From positions 1-64,000 of the forward strand of contig JBODTK010000109.1 of assembly GCA_050613775.1 (NCBI GenBank): DNA of 64,000 bases, in the 5' to 3' direction. This DNA comes from Neocallimastix sp. 'constans' (lineage: Eukaryota). Both the position numbers and the translations under genes were made by a program. Shown piece after piece: positions 32,901 to 46,800 of this stretch (the first letter of the stretch is position 1; the number at the start of each line of letters is the position of its first letter). Under the pieces are notes generated by a model. It searched no databases, had not been told where the DNA came from, and saw only the letters and a program-made list of their open reading frames with translations.

Positions 32901-33317
32901 TGAGAAAAATATGTGTGTTTTTTATAATAAATTTTATTTATTTTTTGTATTTATTTAATACATAAATTTTATTAATGTAAAGAACTCATTTTTTTAAGAT
33001 AATAAAAATAATTATTTTTTATAGTAAAAATTACATATTTAATCATGTGATAATTCTATGAATTAATACACATAGATAAATGTTACACAACATAAAAATA
33101 TAAGAATAAAATATTAATATAAGATAAAAATATAATATTGATAATAATATAAGAATATAAAAATATAATTTTAATAATATAAAAATATAAAATAAAATGT
33201 GATTATTTTAACAGTAAAGAATCCAATGAAAATCAGATTATGTATCATGGGAGAGACTTGAAGATATTTTATCCTAACCCTCTCATTAATCCCAATATTA
33301 AAAAGAAAAAAAAATAT

Positions 33318-33348
<31 letters not shown>

Positions 33349-33351
33349 TTT

Positions 33352-33386
<35 letters not shown>

Positions 33387-33564
33387 GCAGATTAATTTTA
33401 TATTTTTTTACTCAATCTGTATTTTATATTCATATGCTTCTATTTATTTTATTTTATTTTATCCAATCTGTACTTTATATTCATATTATTCTACTATTTA
33501 TTTTTATTTACTATTATTATTATTACTATATATTATTATTATTATTAAAAATACAATCTTTTTA

Positions 33565-33595
<31 letters not shown>

Positions 33596-33611
33596 TATTA
33601 AAAATAAAATA

Positions 33612-33645
<34 letters not shown>

Positions 33646-34002
33646 AAAAAGTGATATTAATATAGAATATAAAAAAGATAATAAATAAATAAATTAAACA
33701 AAGTAAATAAATTTTATATATTTATTTATTTATTTTTATATTTATTTTTTTATTTTTTTTAATTTACATTATTTTATTTTCTCTCTTTCTCTCTCTTAAT
33801 TATACTAATTATAAAATAATATTAAAAATAAAATTTTAAATCAAAAATTTTAAAAAAAAAAATTAAAAATTAAAAAATGAAATTAAAAAAAAAATAAAAT
33901 AAAATAAAATAAAATAAAACTTAAAATAATGATTTAATAAAAATAAAAATAAAAATATAAAAATAAAAAAAAAAATAAAAATAAAAATAAAAATAAAATA
34001 TA

Positions 34003-34052
<50 letters not shown>

Positions 34053-34107
34053 ATAAAAATAAAGAAAAAAAAAATATTTTTATTTTTTTTTTTTATATTT
34101 TTATTCT

Positions 34108-36126
34108 TTATTTTCTTTTAACAATAAAATTAATAAAGATAATAGCAGCTAATATTATACAAAAACAACCAATAATAACTTTATGAACATAATTAACATT
34201 ATAATTTAAATCGGTATAACATCCGTTAAAATTATATTTGAGAAGAGGCTTAATTAAAATATATTGTTCTTCTAATAAATGATCTTTCATTTCTATATTC
34301 GAACCTAAAAGCATCGTTTTTTTTGTTTCTGGTTCAAACTTTTCCCAAGTCGTATTACCGATACTTGGATTGCCAGTTGCTGCAAAATTAACCCACATAT
34401 CTTGTACTGCAGTCGCTAATTCTTTATTCAAAAATTTACCTTTACCACTACTACTACTACCACTTTTATGAGCTTCATTATCGCTTTCAAGATTATCCAT
34501 AACATAAGATAATTCTACACTATGGTAAGACCCTAAATCTTTATAGGAAACTGGAGAGTTCCAATAATACATGTAGACATTACCTCCATTCTTTGAATGA
34601 TGAATGGATTGTTCTATTGCTGGTACACGGAATAAAAGTTCATTATAAAATTCAGAAATACTCCATGGATAAGAAGTTTCTTGTAAACGAACAAATTTTT
34701 TAGCTGATTTTTCATCTTCACTACTTACTTCTTTCATATTATTTTCGAAGAGAATTGGAATTGCCATTTGATACAAATATTCATTACCAAAAGCTCGAAT
34801 CCAGTAACGACTTTCATCCTTATTTGAACCAATTAATATATCAATATCTCTGGAAGAACCATTTTTGTAGGCTTGATATAAATCTTCCGGTAGAGTTATT
34901 CCATCACGTTCTGGTAAATTATTATAATCATTCAATTTAATATTAATTTCTTTTAATGTATTCTCATTTAACGTTAATAAATCATCCATAGTATCCGCAT
35001 TAGCCTCTTTTAATAAGAGTTTGGTTAATTTTTCACATTCCTTTCTACTGTAGGTAAGAGCAATAGAACCGCTTTGAGCAATAATACGTTTAAATAACCC
35101 TTTAGCTTCTGGAACAACAGCCAAAATGCTCGTACTTCCTGCCCCTGAAGATTCTCCAAATAATGTAATATTATCTGGGTCACCACCAAATTCACTAATA
35201 TTTTCTTTAATCCAATGCAAAGCTTGAATTTGATCTAAAATACCTAAATTACCACTTTCTCTATAGTTATCACCTCCCTTAATTTTTGAAAAATCAATAA
35301 AACCCAAGATACCAAGACGATAATTTATAGTAACTAAAATAATATTTGAGTGATTTCTTACAAAATTATGACCATTATACATTGGGTCTACTGTACCACC
35401 CCAGCCATAAGAGCCACCATGAATGAAAACCATAACTGGTTTCTTTTGAGAAAAAAAAAAATCTACTTTTTCTATTTTGGGTTCTTTTTGCATCCAAATA
35501 TTTAAAGTTAAACAATTTTCACTTTGTTCGTAATAGGAAGCGGCTTCAGTTTCCCAATGTGTTTGAATAGGAGAATAGCCAAAATAATAAGCTTCATATA
35601 TATTTTCACTATCATCCGGCTTTACAGGAGGTTTCCAACGAAGATTACCAACAGGTGGTTTTGCATATGGAATGCCTTTAAAAGAAATAATATTATCATT
35701 CTCCTCCTGTCCAACATAAATACCATTTTTACATTTAATAGCCAAAGTTTCGTTATATTTTCCTTCAATAATTTTATTTTCATTAAAATTAAAAGTATAT
35801 TCTGATTTATCATTATCTTCAGTATTTTCATTAATTCTAAATTTTCGAGGTGAAAAGAAAATAAATGTTACACCCATTCCTGCTAATAATAATACTAAAA
35901 GAAAAGCAAGACAAATTCTTGTTCTCTTATTTTTATTTTTTTTTTTAATTATTGACATTGTTTTAATGTTTAAATCATCATCATTACTATCTAAATTGGT
36001 ATTTACTTTTAATTCATCAAATTCTTTTTCTTCTTCTTCTTCTTCACTTTGACTCTCATCATATTCATTCTTTATTGAATGAGTCAATAAATTTGAAATT
36101 TCAGTGACATTCTCTGGTTGCATCAT
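34108..36126 (-). CDS. Type-B carboxylesterase/lipase family protein with N- and C-terminal hydrophobic segments
   Basis: FKGIPYAKPPVGNLRW, SENCLTLNIW, HGGSY, NYRLG, FGGDPDNITLFGESSG nucleophile elbow; intronless 672-aa ORF. Confidence 0.93.
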   Translation of the reverse strand: MMQPENVTEISNLLTHSIKNEYDESQSEEEEEEKEFDELKVNTNLDSNDDDLNIKTMSIIKKKNKNKRTRICLAFLLVLLLAGMGVTFIFFSPRKFRINENTEDNDKSEYTFNFNENKIIEGKYNETLAIKCKNGIYVGQEENDNIISFKGIPYAKPPVGNLRWKPPVKPDDSENIYEAYYFGYSPIQTHWETEAASYYEQSENCLTLNIWMQKEPKIEKVDFFFSQKKPVMVFIHGGSYGWGGTVDPMYNGHNFVRNHSNIILVTINYRLGILGFIDFSKIKGGDNYRESGNLGILDQIQALHWIKENISEFGGDPDNITLFGESSGAGSTSILAVVPEAKGLFKRIIAQSGSIALTYSRKECEKLTKLLLKEANADTMDDLLTLNENTLKEINIKLNDYNNLPERDGITLPEDLYQAYKNGSSRDIDILIGSNKDESRYWIRAFGNEYLYQMAIPILFENNMKEVSSEDEKSAKKFVRLQETSYPWSISEFYNELLFRVPAIEQSIHHSKNGGNVYMYYWNSPVSYKDLGSYHSVELSYVMDNLESDNEAHKSGSSSSGKGKFLNKELATAVQDMWVNFAATGNPSIGNTTWEKFEPETKKTMLLGSNIEMKDHLLEEQYILIKPLLKYNFNGCYTDLNYNVNYVHKVIIGCFCIILAAIIFINFIVKRK

Positions 36127-36990
36127 TTTGGCATTTATAAGATTTTGATTTCGATTTCGATATTTTTAATTAATTTTAATTTTAATTTTAATTTTAATTT
36201 TAATTTTAATTTTAATGTTAAATTTAATTATAATTTTAATTTTGATTCCGATTTCGATTTCGATGTGAAAAAAATAAAATTTAAATTATGTATGTTATAT
36301 AAATAAAAATAGAAAATATAATAGTTATGTAATTACGTATAGAAAACAAAAAATATGTTGAAAGTATATTATTTAATTTATTAAAAATATTATTAAATTA
36401 TGTTTATTTACAATTAGTTTATATTAAATTAAAAAACATTTGATTTTTGAAATCTATTTTTTAATTTCAAAAATTATATATTATTTAATATCTATCTTTA
36501 TTTTTTAATTTATATATATATATATATATATACAAAAATTATCGAATATTACGTTTTATTTAAATTATTAAAACTTTAAAATATATAGTACATATATATA
36601 TATATATCAATACTTTTTGAAAAATGAAATATAGAAAATAATAAATTAATAATTATTAACTAACATTTAATTTAATATATGTATTGACTAACCAATAATA
36701 TTTACGATACTTCATCTATATCAAAATATGTATTATATATAATATGTATAATATATAACAAATAGCGGCTTAACAAATAAAGTTTTTAACTTTTAGCAAA
36801 TTTTTAATTATTAACTTTTTCTTTTTTAATTATAAATAAAACCTAAAATTTATACTGATAAAAAATAAAACTGTATATAATATATATAATACAAGAATAC
36901 AAAACAAAAAATGAAAATTTAATATTAAAGTTACTTTATCTATTAGTTTTTTATTTAGGTAATTAAGTAATTTTTATTATTTTGTTTTAT

Positions 36991-37028
<38 letters not shown>

Positions 37029-38809
37029 AGTTGTATTTTGCAATTGAAATATATCAATAGGAAAATTTATTAATAAACATTTAATTCTATATATGTATTT
37101 AAATTAATTCATTATAAAAATAAAAATTATGTATTATTTTTTATATAATTAAATAAAATGAACAAAATTGAATATAATGTGATTATACCATATTATATTT
37201 AATAGTAATATTTGACAATAATTAATAATCAACTTATTAGATTAAAAAAGGAAACAAACAATTTTTTTTTAGAATTTTGGAAAATTAGAAAGTTAAGTCC
37301 TTTAACTTGAGATATTAGCAATACAATTTTATAAAGTTAAATATATATAAGAATGAATCTTAAAAGTTCTATTTATTTAAAAATAATTATTTAATTAATT
37401 TATCATAATAATAACTCCATATTTTAATAATGTTATATATAATAAATATTATTTATTGTACTTATAATAACATAATTTCATATATATATATATATGACTA
37501 TTAAAATTTATATTAGAGTAATAATTATAATAATATTGTTATTATAATAGAATTCAAACAAGTTAATAAAGAATAAAAATGGTATTTTTAATGAGTTACT
37601 ACTACTACCACTTGAACTACTGTAATTATTGTTGAATTCTCTGAATTATTTTTTTTTAGACTAGGAATATACTTTATTAATATTTATTAAAAAAAATATA
37701 TTAACCCAAATACATCCGTTTCTTCTTTCAAGTTGAATCCTCTAATCATAAAATTATTTCTCTTAGAAACTTTATTTATTCTATTGATTTTCCGAAGAAT
37801 TTTATTATAATGCTTACTGTTGAAAAAGATGCTAAAAAAAATAATAATAATTTGAATTAAATATAACTTATAAAATAAAATGATAAAAATAAGAAAAAAA
37901 AAATGAATACTATACTATTTTATTATTTTCTTTCTATTTCTTATTATGTATCTTATAGAAATGAATTTTATACCCAATCATTAAATTATAAATACTTTAA
38001 AATTTTCATTTTATCTTCCTTAGTTTACATGCATTTACCATTATTATTATCAACATTATTGTTATTATTATTATTGTTGTTGTTGTTATTATAATTATAT
38101 TTTTATTAGTTTACATTTACTTTTTTTTTTTTTTTTTTATAAGATATTTTTATATTTTATCATATGTCTTAATTATAAGTATATTTTCATTTTAACTTTA
38201 AAAAAAAATAAATTTCTTATTTTCATTATTTTATACTTTTTTTTTTTTTTTTTTTATTGTTGTTGTTGTTGCTATTACATTAAAACTTTATATTATTTTC
38301 ACTATTTTATACACTGATATTTTTGTTTTTATTGCTTGTTATTAATAAATTTTAAATAATATAATAATTTTCAATAACCTTATAAAATTTTTACTTTATA
38401 TTTATCATTCAATACTACATTTTTATATATTTATGCATGTATTTATTTATTATATATGATTTATTTTTTTGTACATATATATTAAAATTTTTTAATAAAT
38501 ATATATTAACAATTAACCAAATAATATTCTTTATTTTAATATTAAATTTGTTCAAAATATATTCAATCAATAATAAATTGATATATATAAATTAAAAAAC
38601 ACATAATAACCTTTAAAATAAAAAACCATATTAAATTATTATTGTTTTTATTAAATTATATGTAAATATTATTTTTATTTTTATTTAATTTTTTACTTTT
38701 TTAATTTTTTTTATTACTATCAATACATGTAATATATTTAAAAATTATAAACAATTCTTTTCTTTATTTATAGATAAGAATGTTTAATAAAAAAAAATAA
38801 AAAATAATA

Positions 38810-39190
<381 letters not shown>

Positions 39191-39437
39191 ATTTTTTTCT
39201 TTTTTAAAATAAAAAAATTATTACGATATTATTTATAATTATAAAAATTTATTTATTAAATATTTATTTTTTTTAAGATTTACTCATTCATTTATTTGAG
39301 TTGATATGGGTTGGCATGATTTAAAAAAAATTTATTGAATTAATTTAATGAATTTATTTATTTATATATTTTTATTTTTATTTAAACCTTTTATTGTATT
39401 TTATTTTAATTTTATTTGACTTTATATTTTATTTTAT

Positions 39438-41867
39438 TTACATTTTTTCATGGAAGGTACGAGCAATAACTTCCTTTTGTTGAGCTGGGGTTAATTTAAC
39501 AAAGTTAACAGCATATCCTGAAACACGAATAGTAAGATTTGGATAGTTTTCTGGATGTGCCATAGCATCTTCTAAGGTTTCACGTTTAAGAACATTAACA
39601 TTAAGATGGTGAGCTCCCTTGGTGAAGTAACCATCTAATAAACCTGAAAGATTACCTTGACGTTCTTGTAAAGTTTTACCAATAGTGTTTGGAACAATAG
39701 AGAAAGTATTAGAAATACCATCCATACAAGAATCATAGTTAACTTTAGCGACAGATGAAAGAGAAGCAACAGCACCAGAGAATTCACGACCGTGCATTGG
39801 ATTACAACCTGGTGCAAATGGTTGACCAGCTTTACGACCATCTGGAGTAGAACCTGTCTTCTTACCGTAAACAACATTAGAAGTAATAGTAAGAATAGAT
39901 AGGGTGTGGGTAGCACCACGGTAAGTTGGTGTTTTTCTTAATTTGTTGATAAGCTTATCAGTAACAGTTTTAGCGAAGAAATCAACACGATCATCATCAT
40001 TACCGAATTTTGGGAAATCTCCTTCAACCTTGAAATCAACTGTTAAACCAGTTTTTGGATCACGAATTGGTGTAACCTTGGCATATTTAATAGCTGAGAA
40101 AGAATCTGCAACAACAGAAAGACCTGCAACACCAAATGCCATAAGACGACGAACATCGGTATCGTGAAGAGCCATTTGAAGAGATTCATAGCAATATTGA
40201 TCATGACAGAAGTGAATAACATTCATGGTGTTAACGTAAAGCTTGGCAATCCAATCCATAGCCTTATCATAAGTTTCCCACATCCAATCGAATGGAATTG
40301 GTCCTTCTGGAACTGGTCCGAAATCTGGTCCTACTTGTTTACCAGTTCTTTCATCCTTACCATGATTAAGAACGTAAAGCATAAGCTTGGCAAGATTACA
40401 ACGAGCTCCAAAGAATTGCATATCTTTACCAATTCTCATGGCTGAGACACAACAAGCAATTCCATAATCATCACCAAATCTGGCAGACATAAGAGCATCA
40501 GATTCATATTGAATAGATGAAGTATCAATGGAAACCTTAGTAGCGAAATCTTTAAAGTTCTTTGGAAGAGCCTTATTCCAGAGAACAGTGATGTTTGGTT
40601 CTGGAGCTGGACCTAAGTTGTAAAGTGTATTAAGAACACGGAAGGAAGTCTTAGTGACTAAAGTACGACCATCACTTCCCATACCACCAAGAGACATAGT
40701 AACCCAAGTTGGATCACCAGCAAATAAATCATTATATTCTGGGGTACGTAAATGACGAGCGAAACGTAACTTTAAGATAAGATTATCTACAATTTCTTGA
40801 GCTTCGGATTCTGTAATAACTCCATTCTTTAAATCGTTTTCGAAGAAACAATCGAGGAATGCATCAACACGACCAAGAGACATGGCTGCTCCATCTTGTT
40901 CCTTAATAGAACCTAAATAACCAAAGTAAACAAATTGTGTAGCTTCTTTGGCATTCTTGGCTGGCTTAGAAATATCAATACCATATGATTTAGCCATTTG
41001 AGTAAGTTGTTTAAGAGCTTTAACTTGATCAGCAACTTCTCCAATTAACTTCATGGTTGGTTCATCCATTTGTTTCTTTTGAAGTTCGGCCTTATCTTTT
41101 TCCTTTTGGGCAATAAGACGATCAGTACCATAAAGAGCAACACGACGGTAATCACCAATGATACGACCACGACCATAACCATCTGGTAAACCAGTCATGA
41201 TAGCATTAGAACGACCAGCTCTCATTTCCTTTGAGTAAATATCAAAAACTGCTGTATTGTGAGTCTTACGGTAGTCGGAGAAAATGTGTTCAACTTCCTT
41301 ATCCATTGGAACATTAACAGCCTTAAGTGCATTCTTGACCATGTTAACACCACCAAATGGTTTAATAGCTCTCTTAAGTGGAACATCTGTTTGATAACCG
41401 TAGATGACTTCATTTTCTTTATCAAGGTAACCTGGCTTGTGAGAAGTAATAGTAGATGGAGTATGTGGATCAACATCATATAAACCACCATTAGCACGTT
41501 CCTTGGCTAAGTATTCTTCAGCTTTAGCAAAAAGTTTTTTAGTTTTTTCAGTTGGACCAGCAAGGAAAGAGCCATCACCTTCATATGGAGTGTAATGTTT
41601 CTTAATCCAACCTTCAACATCAATTTCACTCTTGGCAGCTGCATCCTTAGTAATACTTGGAGCTTGAGTAGCGTAAGTTTTAGTTTGGACAGATGGGAAG
41701 GAAGACTTCTTTGAAGTCTTAAGACCACTAGTGGTCATTGGAGTGGTATGGAAACCACGAGATGATTTACTGATTCTAATACCAGCAATCTTAGTAGCAG
41801 CAACAGCATTAACTGAAACTGATTTAGCAATAGCGTTATTAACTTCACATAAAGTTAAACTTTCCAT
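39438..41867 (-). CDS. pfl: Pyruvate formate-lyase (formate C-acetyltransferase), probable hydrogenosomal precursor
   Basis: IACCVS double-Cys active site, TIRVSGYAV glycyl-radical loop, [22 protein letters not shown]; Ser/Thr/Lys/Ala-rich N-terminal extension. Confidence 0.97.
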   Translation of the reverse strand: MESLTLCEVNNAIAKSVSVNAVAATKIAGIRISKSSRGFHTTPMTTSGLKTSKKSSFPSVQTKTYATQAPSITKDAAAKSEIDVEGWIKKHYTPYEGDGSFLAGPTEKTKKLFAKAEEYLAKERANGGLYDVDPHTPSTITSHKPGYLDKENEVIYGYQTDVPLKRAIKPFGGVNMVKNALKAVNVPMDKEVEHIFSDYRKTHNTAVFDIYSKEMRAGRSNAIMTGLPDGYGRGRIIGDYRRVALYGTDRLIAQKEKDKAELQKKQMDEPTMKLIGEVADQVKALKQLTQMAKSYGIDISKPAKNAKEATQFVYFGYLGSIKEQDGAAMSLGRVDAFLDCFFENDLKNGVITESEAQEIVDNLILKLRFARHLRTPEYNDLFAGDPTWVTMSLGGMGSDGRTLVTKTSFRVLNTLYNLGPAPEPNITVLWNKALPKNFKDFATKVSIDTSSIQYESDALMSARFGDDYGIACCVSAMRIGKDMQFFGARCNLAKLMLYVLNHGKDERTGKQVGPDFGPVPEGPIPFDWMWETYDKAMDWIAKLYVNTMNVIHFCHDQYCYESLQMALHDTDVRRLMAFGVAGLSVVADSFSAIKYAKVTPIRDPKTGLTVDFKVEGDFPKFGNDDDRVDFFAKTVTDKLINKLRKTPTYRGATHTLSILTITSNVVYGKKTGSTPDGRKAGQPFAPGCNPMHGREFSGAVASLSSVAKVNYDSCMDGISNTFSIVPNTIGKTLQERQGNLSGLLDGYFTKGAHHLNVNVLKRETLEDAMAHPENYPNLTIRVSGYAVNFVKLTPAQQKEVIARTFHEKM

Positions 41868-42035
41868 TTTAATTTTTATTTGCTTTAATAAATTATTTTA
41901 TTATTAAATTTTATTTATAATAAAAAAAATATTTTTAATATTGGTATATTAAGAATTATTATTAATAAAAATAAATTCTTATATTATTTTTAATTATTAT
42001 TTGTTAATTAATATTTGTTTATTAATTTGATGATG

Positions 42036-42066
<31 letters not shown>

Positions 42067-42445
42067 ATTTTTTAGGTCTTTATATACTTTAAACAAATTT
42101 TAAAATTTATAAAATTTTTATTATTGGTTACACATAATATGGACAGATATAATATTGTATAAATTAATAATTAAAAATAAATAAATAATTAAAAATAAAT
42201 AAATAATTAAAAATAAATAAATAAATAAACATTTTTTAATTATATAATATACAATATATTATAATAATTATATATTGTAATATATTATAAAATATATATT
42301 ATGCAATTTAAATAAATAGTATGGTATATTCATTTTTTATTAATTTTTTAAAATTCGTAAAAAAATCCTTAATTAAATGAAATATACATATCCTATTTGA
42401 GAAATTTTTAATTTTTATTTTTCATTAATTAGTTTTTTAAAATTC

Positions 42446-42482
<37 letters not shown>

Positions 42483-43277
42483 TTTAATAAAATCCTACAT
42501 ATCCTATTTGAGGAATTTTTAAGTATTAAACATAAATATCATAAATTAGTAGGAATAATAAATAATGAGATGTCTAATAATACAAAATTTAAAAGATTGT
42601 ATATTTATATTAAATACATTCATAAAAATCATAAAAATCCTACATTTAAGTTAGCAAAATAATATTTATAAATATAATATTATTTTCATTTTTAAAAATT
42701 ATTAGTATTTCTTTATTAAAATAATGCAAAATATACTCCATAAAAAAAATGAAAAATATATATATATATAAATGTAAAAAAAAAAAAAAAAAAAGGATAA
42801 TTAAATAAGCACTATAGTAAATATTACAATAAAATTATATTTATTATTATTATTTTTATTGTCATACAATATTTTATAATAAATAATTTACAAAATTTAT
42901 AATTAGATTTACTTAATTTTCATAACTTTTTTTTTTATTTTATTTTTGACTAGGAATAAACTTTATTTAATAATATAAACTAAAAAAAAAAAGAAAAAAA
43001 ATACATGAAATTAACGTTTATTATTTTTATTATTTTTAAAATATATTGTTAAGTATTTAAAAATAATAAAATAAAATAAAATAAAATAATTAGCTATAAC
43101 TATATACATAATTAAACTTTAGGAAATTATTTAATGTAGAATAACCGATCTTTATACAAAAAAAAATAAAATTTGAAATTAAAAAAAAAAAAAGAATAAA
43201 ATAATTTATCCACTACAATTAAACACGAGGAATTAATATTATTGGTTAATAAAATCTTTAAAAGTAAATTATTTACA

Positions 43278-43894
43278 AATAATTTTTTATATATAAAAAA
43301 TTATATATTTATATATATAATAAAATTTAATATATTAATATTGAAAAATATGGATTGTCAAAATATATTATATAAATAATAATTTAGTAATAGTAGTAAA
43401 ATAATAATATTTATCTAATTATTTTTATCTTATTATTAATAAATTATCAATTTTATAATAAATACAATGATGCCATGATAAAGAAATTTTCTAATAGTAA
43501 ATAATATAATTAATTTTTGAAGTTCCTAATTAATAGCAATTAATTACGAATAATTAAATAAATGTTTTTCATTATTTATAAAAATTCAATATGTACTAAG
43601 ATTACATAAATAGTGAACATATTTATTGTGACTTGACAATTTTTATTCACTCATTTAGAGTATATAAAAGTTGCCGTGATTTCATTATATAACATATTTC
43701 ATTTTATATATTAGTTCTATATTAGATCAAATAATTTTTTATATATAAAAAATTATATATATTTATATATATAATAAAATTTAATATATTAATATTGAAA
43801 AATATGGATTGTCAAAATATATTATATAAATAATAATTTAGTAATAGCAGTATCTTATTATTAATAAATTATCAATTTTATAATAAATACAATG
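43278..43894. repeat. Local direct duplication (~43278-43470 and ~43730-43894)
   Basis: Shared aatattgaaaaatatggattgtcaaaatatattatataaataataatttagtaatag and flanks. Confidence 0.85.
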
Positions 43895-46800
43895 TATATT
43901 AGTTCTACATTAGAAAAATTAATAATTTTTCCTTTAATTGAGAAATTTAAATTTAATTTCTCAATTAATGGACAAATTATTAATTTAGAGAAGGACTTTC
44001 AAAAATATATATTAATCTTTTTTTATTTTTTTCTATTTTGTATATTTTTATTTAATATTAATTTTTATTTATACTAAATAATTTATCATGTAAATATTTA
44101 TTAAAATATTAGTTATTTACATTTTTTTTAATATTAAACCCATAAAAAAAATATTTGTAATACAAATCAATAAATATTAAAAAAAAAAAAAAATTATAAC
44201 AATATGTGTTAAAATAAAAAAGTTCATTTTGTGAATGATGTGATTAATAAAATATTTTTTTTTTTTTTTTTTTTTTTTAATTATGAATATTAAGACTTTA
44301 TATTTAATCATACATATAATTATATATATTTTAATAATATTTAATATATCGTAGTGAATTCCTAAATTTTCAAATATAATCAAAATAATAATTTCTAATC
44401 CTTATTATGAATTAATTATTTTAACCAATAATGTTTAACCATTTATAAATGGATAAATTTTTTTTATTTTTATTAAATTATTTAATATTTACGTCTTAAT
44501 CTATTTAATAATTAATTTTTTTAATATCAATTTTTAAATAAAAACGAAATATAAATTTAATTTATTTTTAATATCAATTTTTAAATAAAAACGAAATATG
44601 AATTTAATTTAATAAAATAAAAAACAATATAATCAATATAAATACTAATTTTTATATTACTTAGCTTAAATTTTATATTAGTTAATTGTTGTACTTTACT
44701 AATAAATAAAATATAATATTAAAATTTTTGGATATATCTATACAAAAAAAAAACATTCAGTATTCAGTATTAAGTATTCAGTAATTGAAAAAATATTTTT
44801 AAATTTATTAAAAATTATAAATATAAATAATTTTATTGCAAATATTATTTCATATAACTTTCGTGATAAGAAATAATATTTAAAGACTTCACTTTTTTCA
44901 AAAATGATTTTTATTATTTATTTAATTATTTATTGGTTAAAAAATTATATAATGTGGCAATTAATTAAAAATATTTAATCCACATTGCGAAATGATACCC
45001 ATTCTTTATATCTATAATAAAAATATTAAATTTTATTTTAATAATATTTATTAAATATAATAAGTTAATAATAAATTTATATTTAAAAAAAAAAAAAAAA
45101 TTTAAATTTTATTAAAAAAAAATTATAAATTAAATAAAAGTTTTAAATAACTCTTTTACAGTTTGAACAATAATATACTAAAGTGACCTCTTCATCACTT
45201 CTTGAATTCGTAAACGTCTCAATTCGATATATCTGTTATTATTACATCTTTTACACAGTATGGAATTATTTCTTAAATCCTTTTTTTCATCATCTAATAG
45301 TGGTAATTTATTTTTCTTTCTTAATTTATCTTCATGAAATAAGGAAAACTCTTTAAAAAATTTATCTAATGATTTCATCGAAATATAGTCCATTTTATAT
45401 TTATTTTTTAATTACTAATTTATTTAAATTTGTTTATCTATTTATATTCATTTATTTTCTATTTTTTATTTGTTATATCTATTAAAACTTTTTAAAAATT
45501 ATATTTCTACATATGATTTTTGAATTTTTAACTCAAATTTAGATTTTATAATTTTCATTTTATAAAAAAATAATAAAAATTTCCTTAAATTAATTATAGT
45601 ATGTATAAAATTAAAATAGAACTATTAATTTTTATAATGAAAAAGAAAAAATCTTAAATAGTAAAAAATCAAAAAAAAAAAAAAAAGTCTATTATTATAT
45701 TATTACTTATCCGCAGTATTTTAGTAAATTATTATTATGTTCCTCATCAATTAGAAATACATATAAATGGAAAAAAGTTTCTTTTTTCAAGGGTATAAGC
45801 ATTATTGATTGTAATCAGTTATAAAAAAATAGATATATCATTAAATATAAAAATAATCAAAATACAGAAACTAATAATATTGATTATCAATAAAAGCCAA
45901 TGTTTATGTTGATTGATAGATTGGAAAGTATTATTACCAATAAACATATAAGATATAAATATTATTTGAATGATACGACTAAACCTTCGTTTTTATGTCA
46001 CTATCGATATTCCAAATCATCTCATTAAAATAGTTTATGATAGATTGGTAAAAATAATTCTTTCGGAAACTGCACATTATATTATTTGTAATACTGATTG
46101 TATAATTTACTTGCACTATTATAATGATTATTTCAATAAAACATATCTTTATGAGCAAGTACTAATGAATGATGATAATTCAAAATTACAAACTATTGAA
46201 ATTATGAAAAATTATATCCTTATAAAATTATGCCATGATAATATATTAATAACTGAAAATAAAATAAATTTTACCGAAAACGGGTCCTGTGATATCGTTT
46301 TGAAAATCTTACCTTCCCTTAATATTTCATATCGATTCATTATTTAATGAAGAAAATCCAATAATAAGTATTGTGGTTTGCCTTTAAACATGTTATTATT
46401 TTTGTATGAAATAAATACTTTCTTTATTTCAATATTCTTTTTTTCAAAATATTAAATGTCTGATTGTCCTCATTTAATAATTTATCATTATGGTGTTCTC
46501 ATATATTCCAATTGTTAGAAAACTAATATTAGTGTATTATCATTATTATTTAGAGAAGGGGTATTTTTTATAGGATTGCTATTATTAATTATAAAGGCTA
46601 TATATAGCAGTATTATTAGTTATAATGCATTTATTAATTATATCAGTACACAGCTACAGTAAGGCTATTTATTTATATCGGAATTATGGCTACACAGTAA
46701 CAGCATATCTATATCCGTATCATTAGTATATCATTAGTTATATCAGTATTATTTATTATTAATATTAGTGATTATTTAAATACTTAAAGTTTATTAAATT

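Larger units (their letters stand above)
29015..33213 (-). mobile_element. Ty1/Copia LTR retrotransposon with integrase deleted
   Basis: 313-bp LTRs 29015-29327 and 32901-33213 (one difference seen); TSD GTAAA at 29010-29014 and 33214-33218; G-rich PPT at ~29328-29336. Confidence 0.95.

Noticed and set aside
33385..34054. Small hydrophobic ORFs (also 37903, 43892, 44177)
   Set aside because: Products of AT-rich low-complexity sequence
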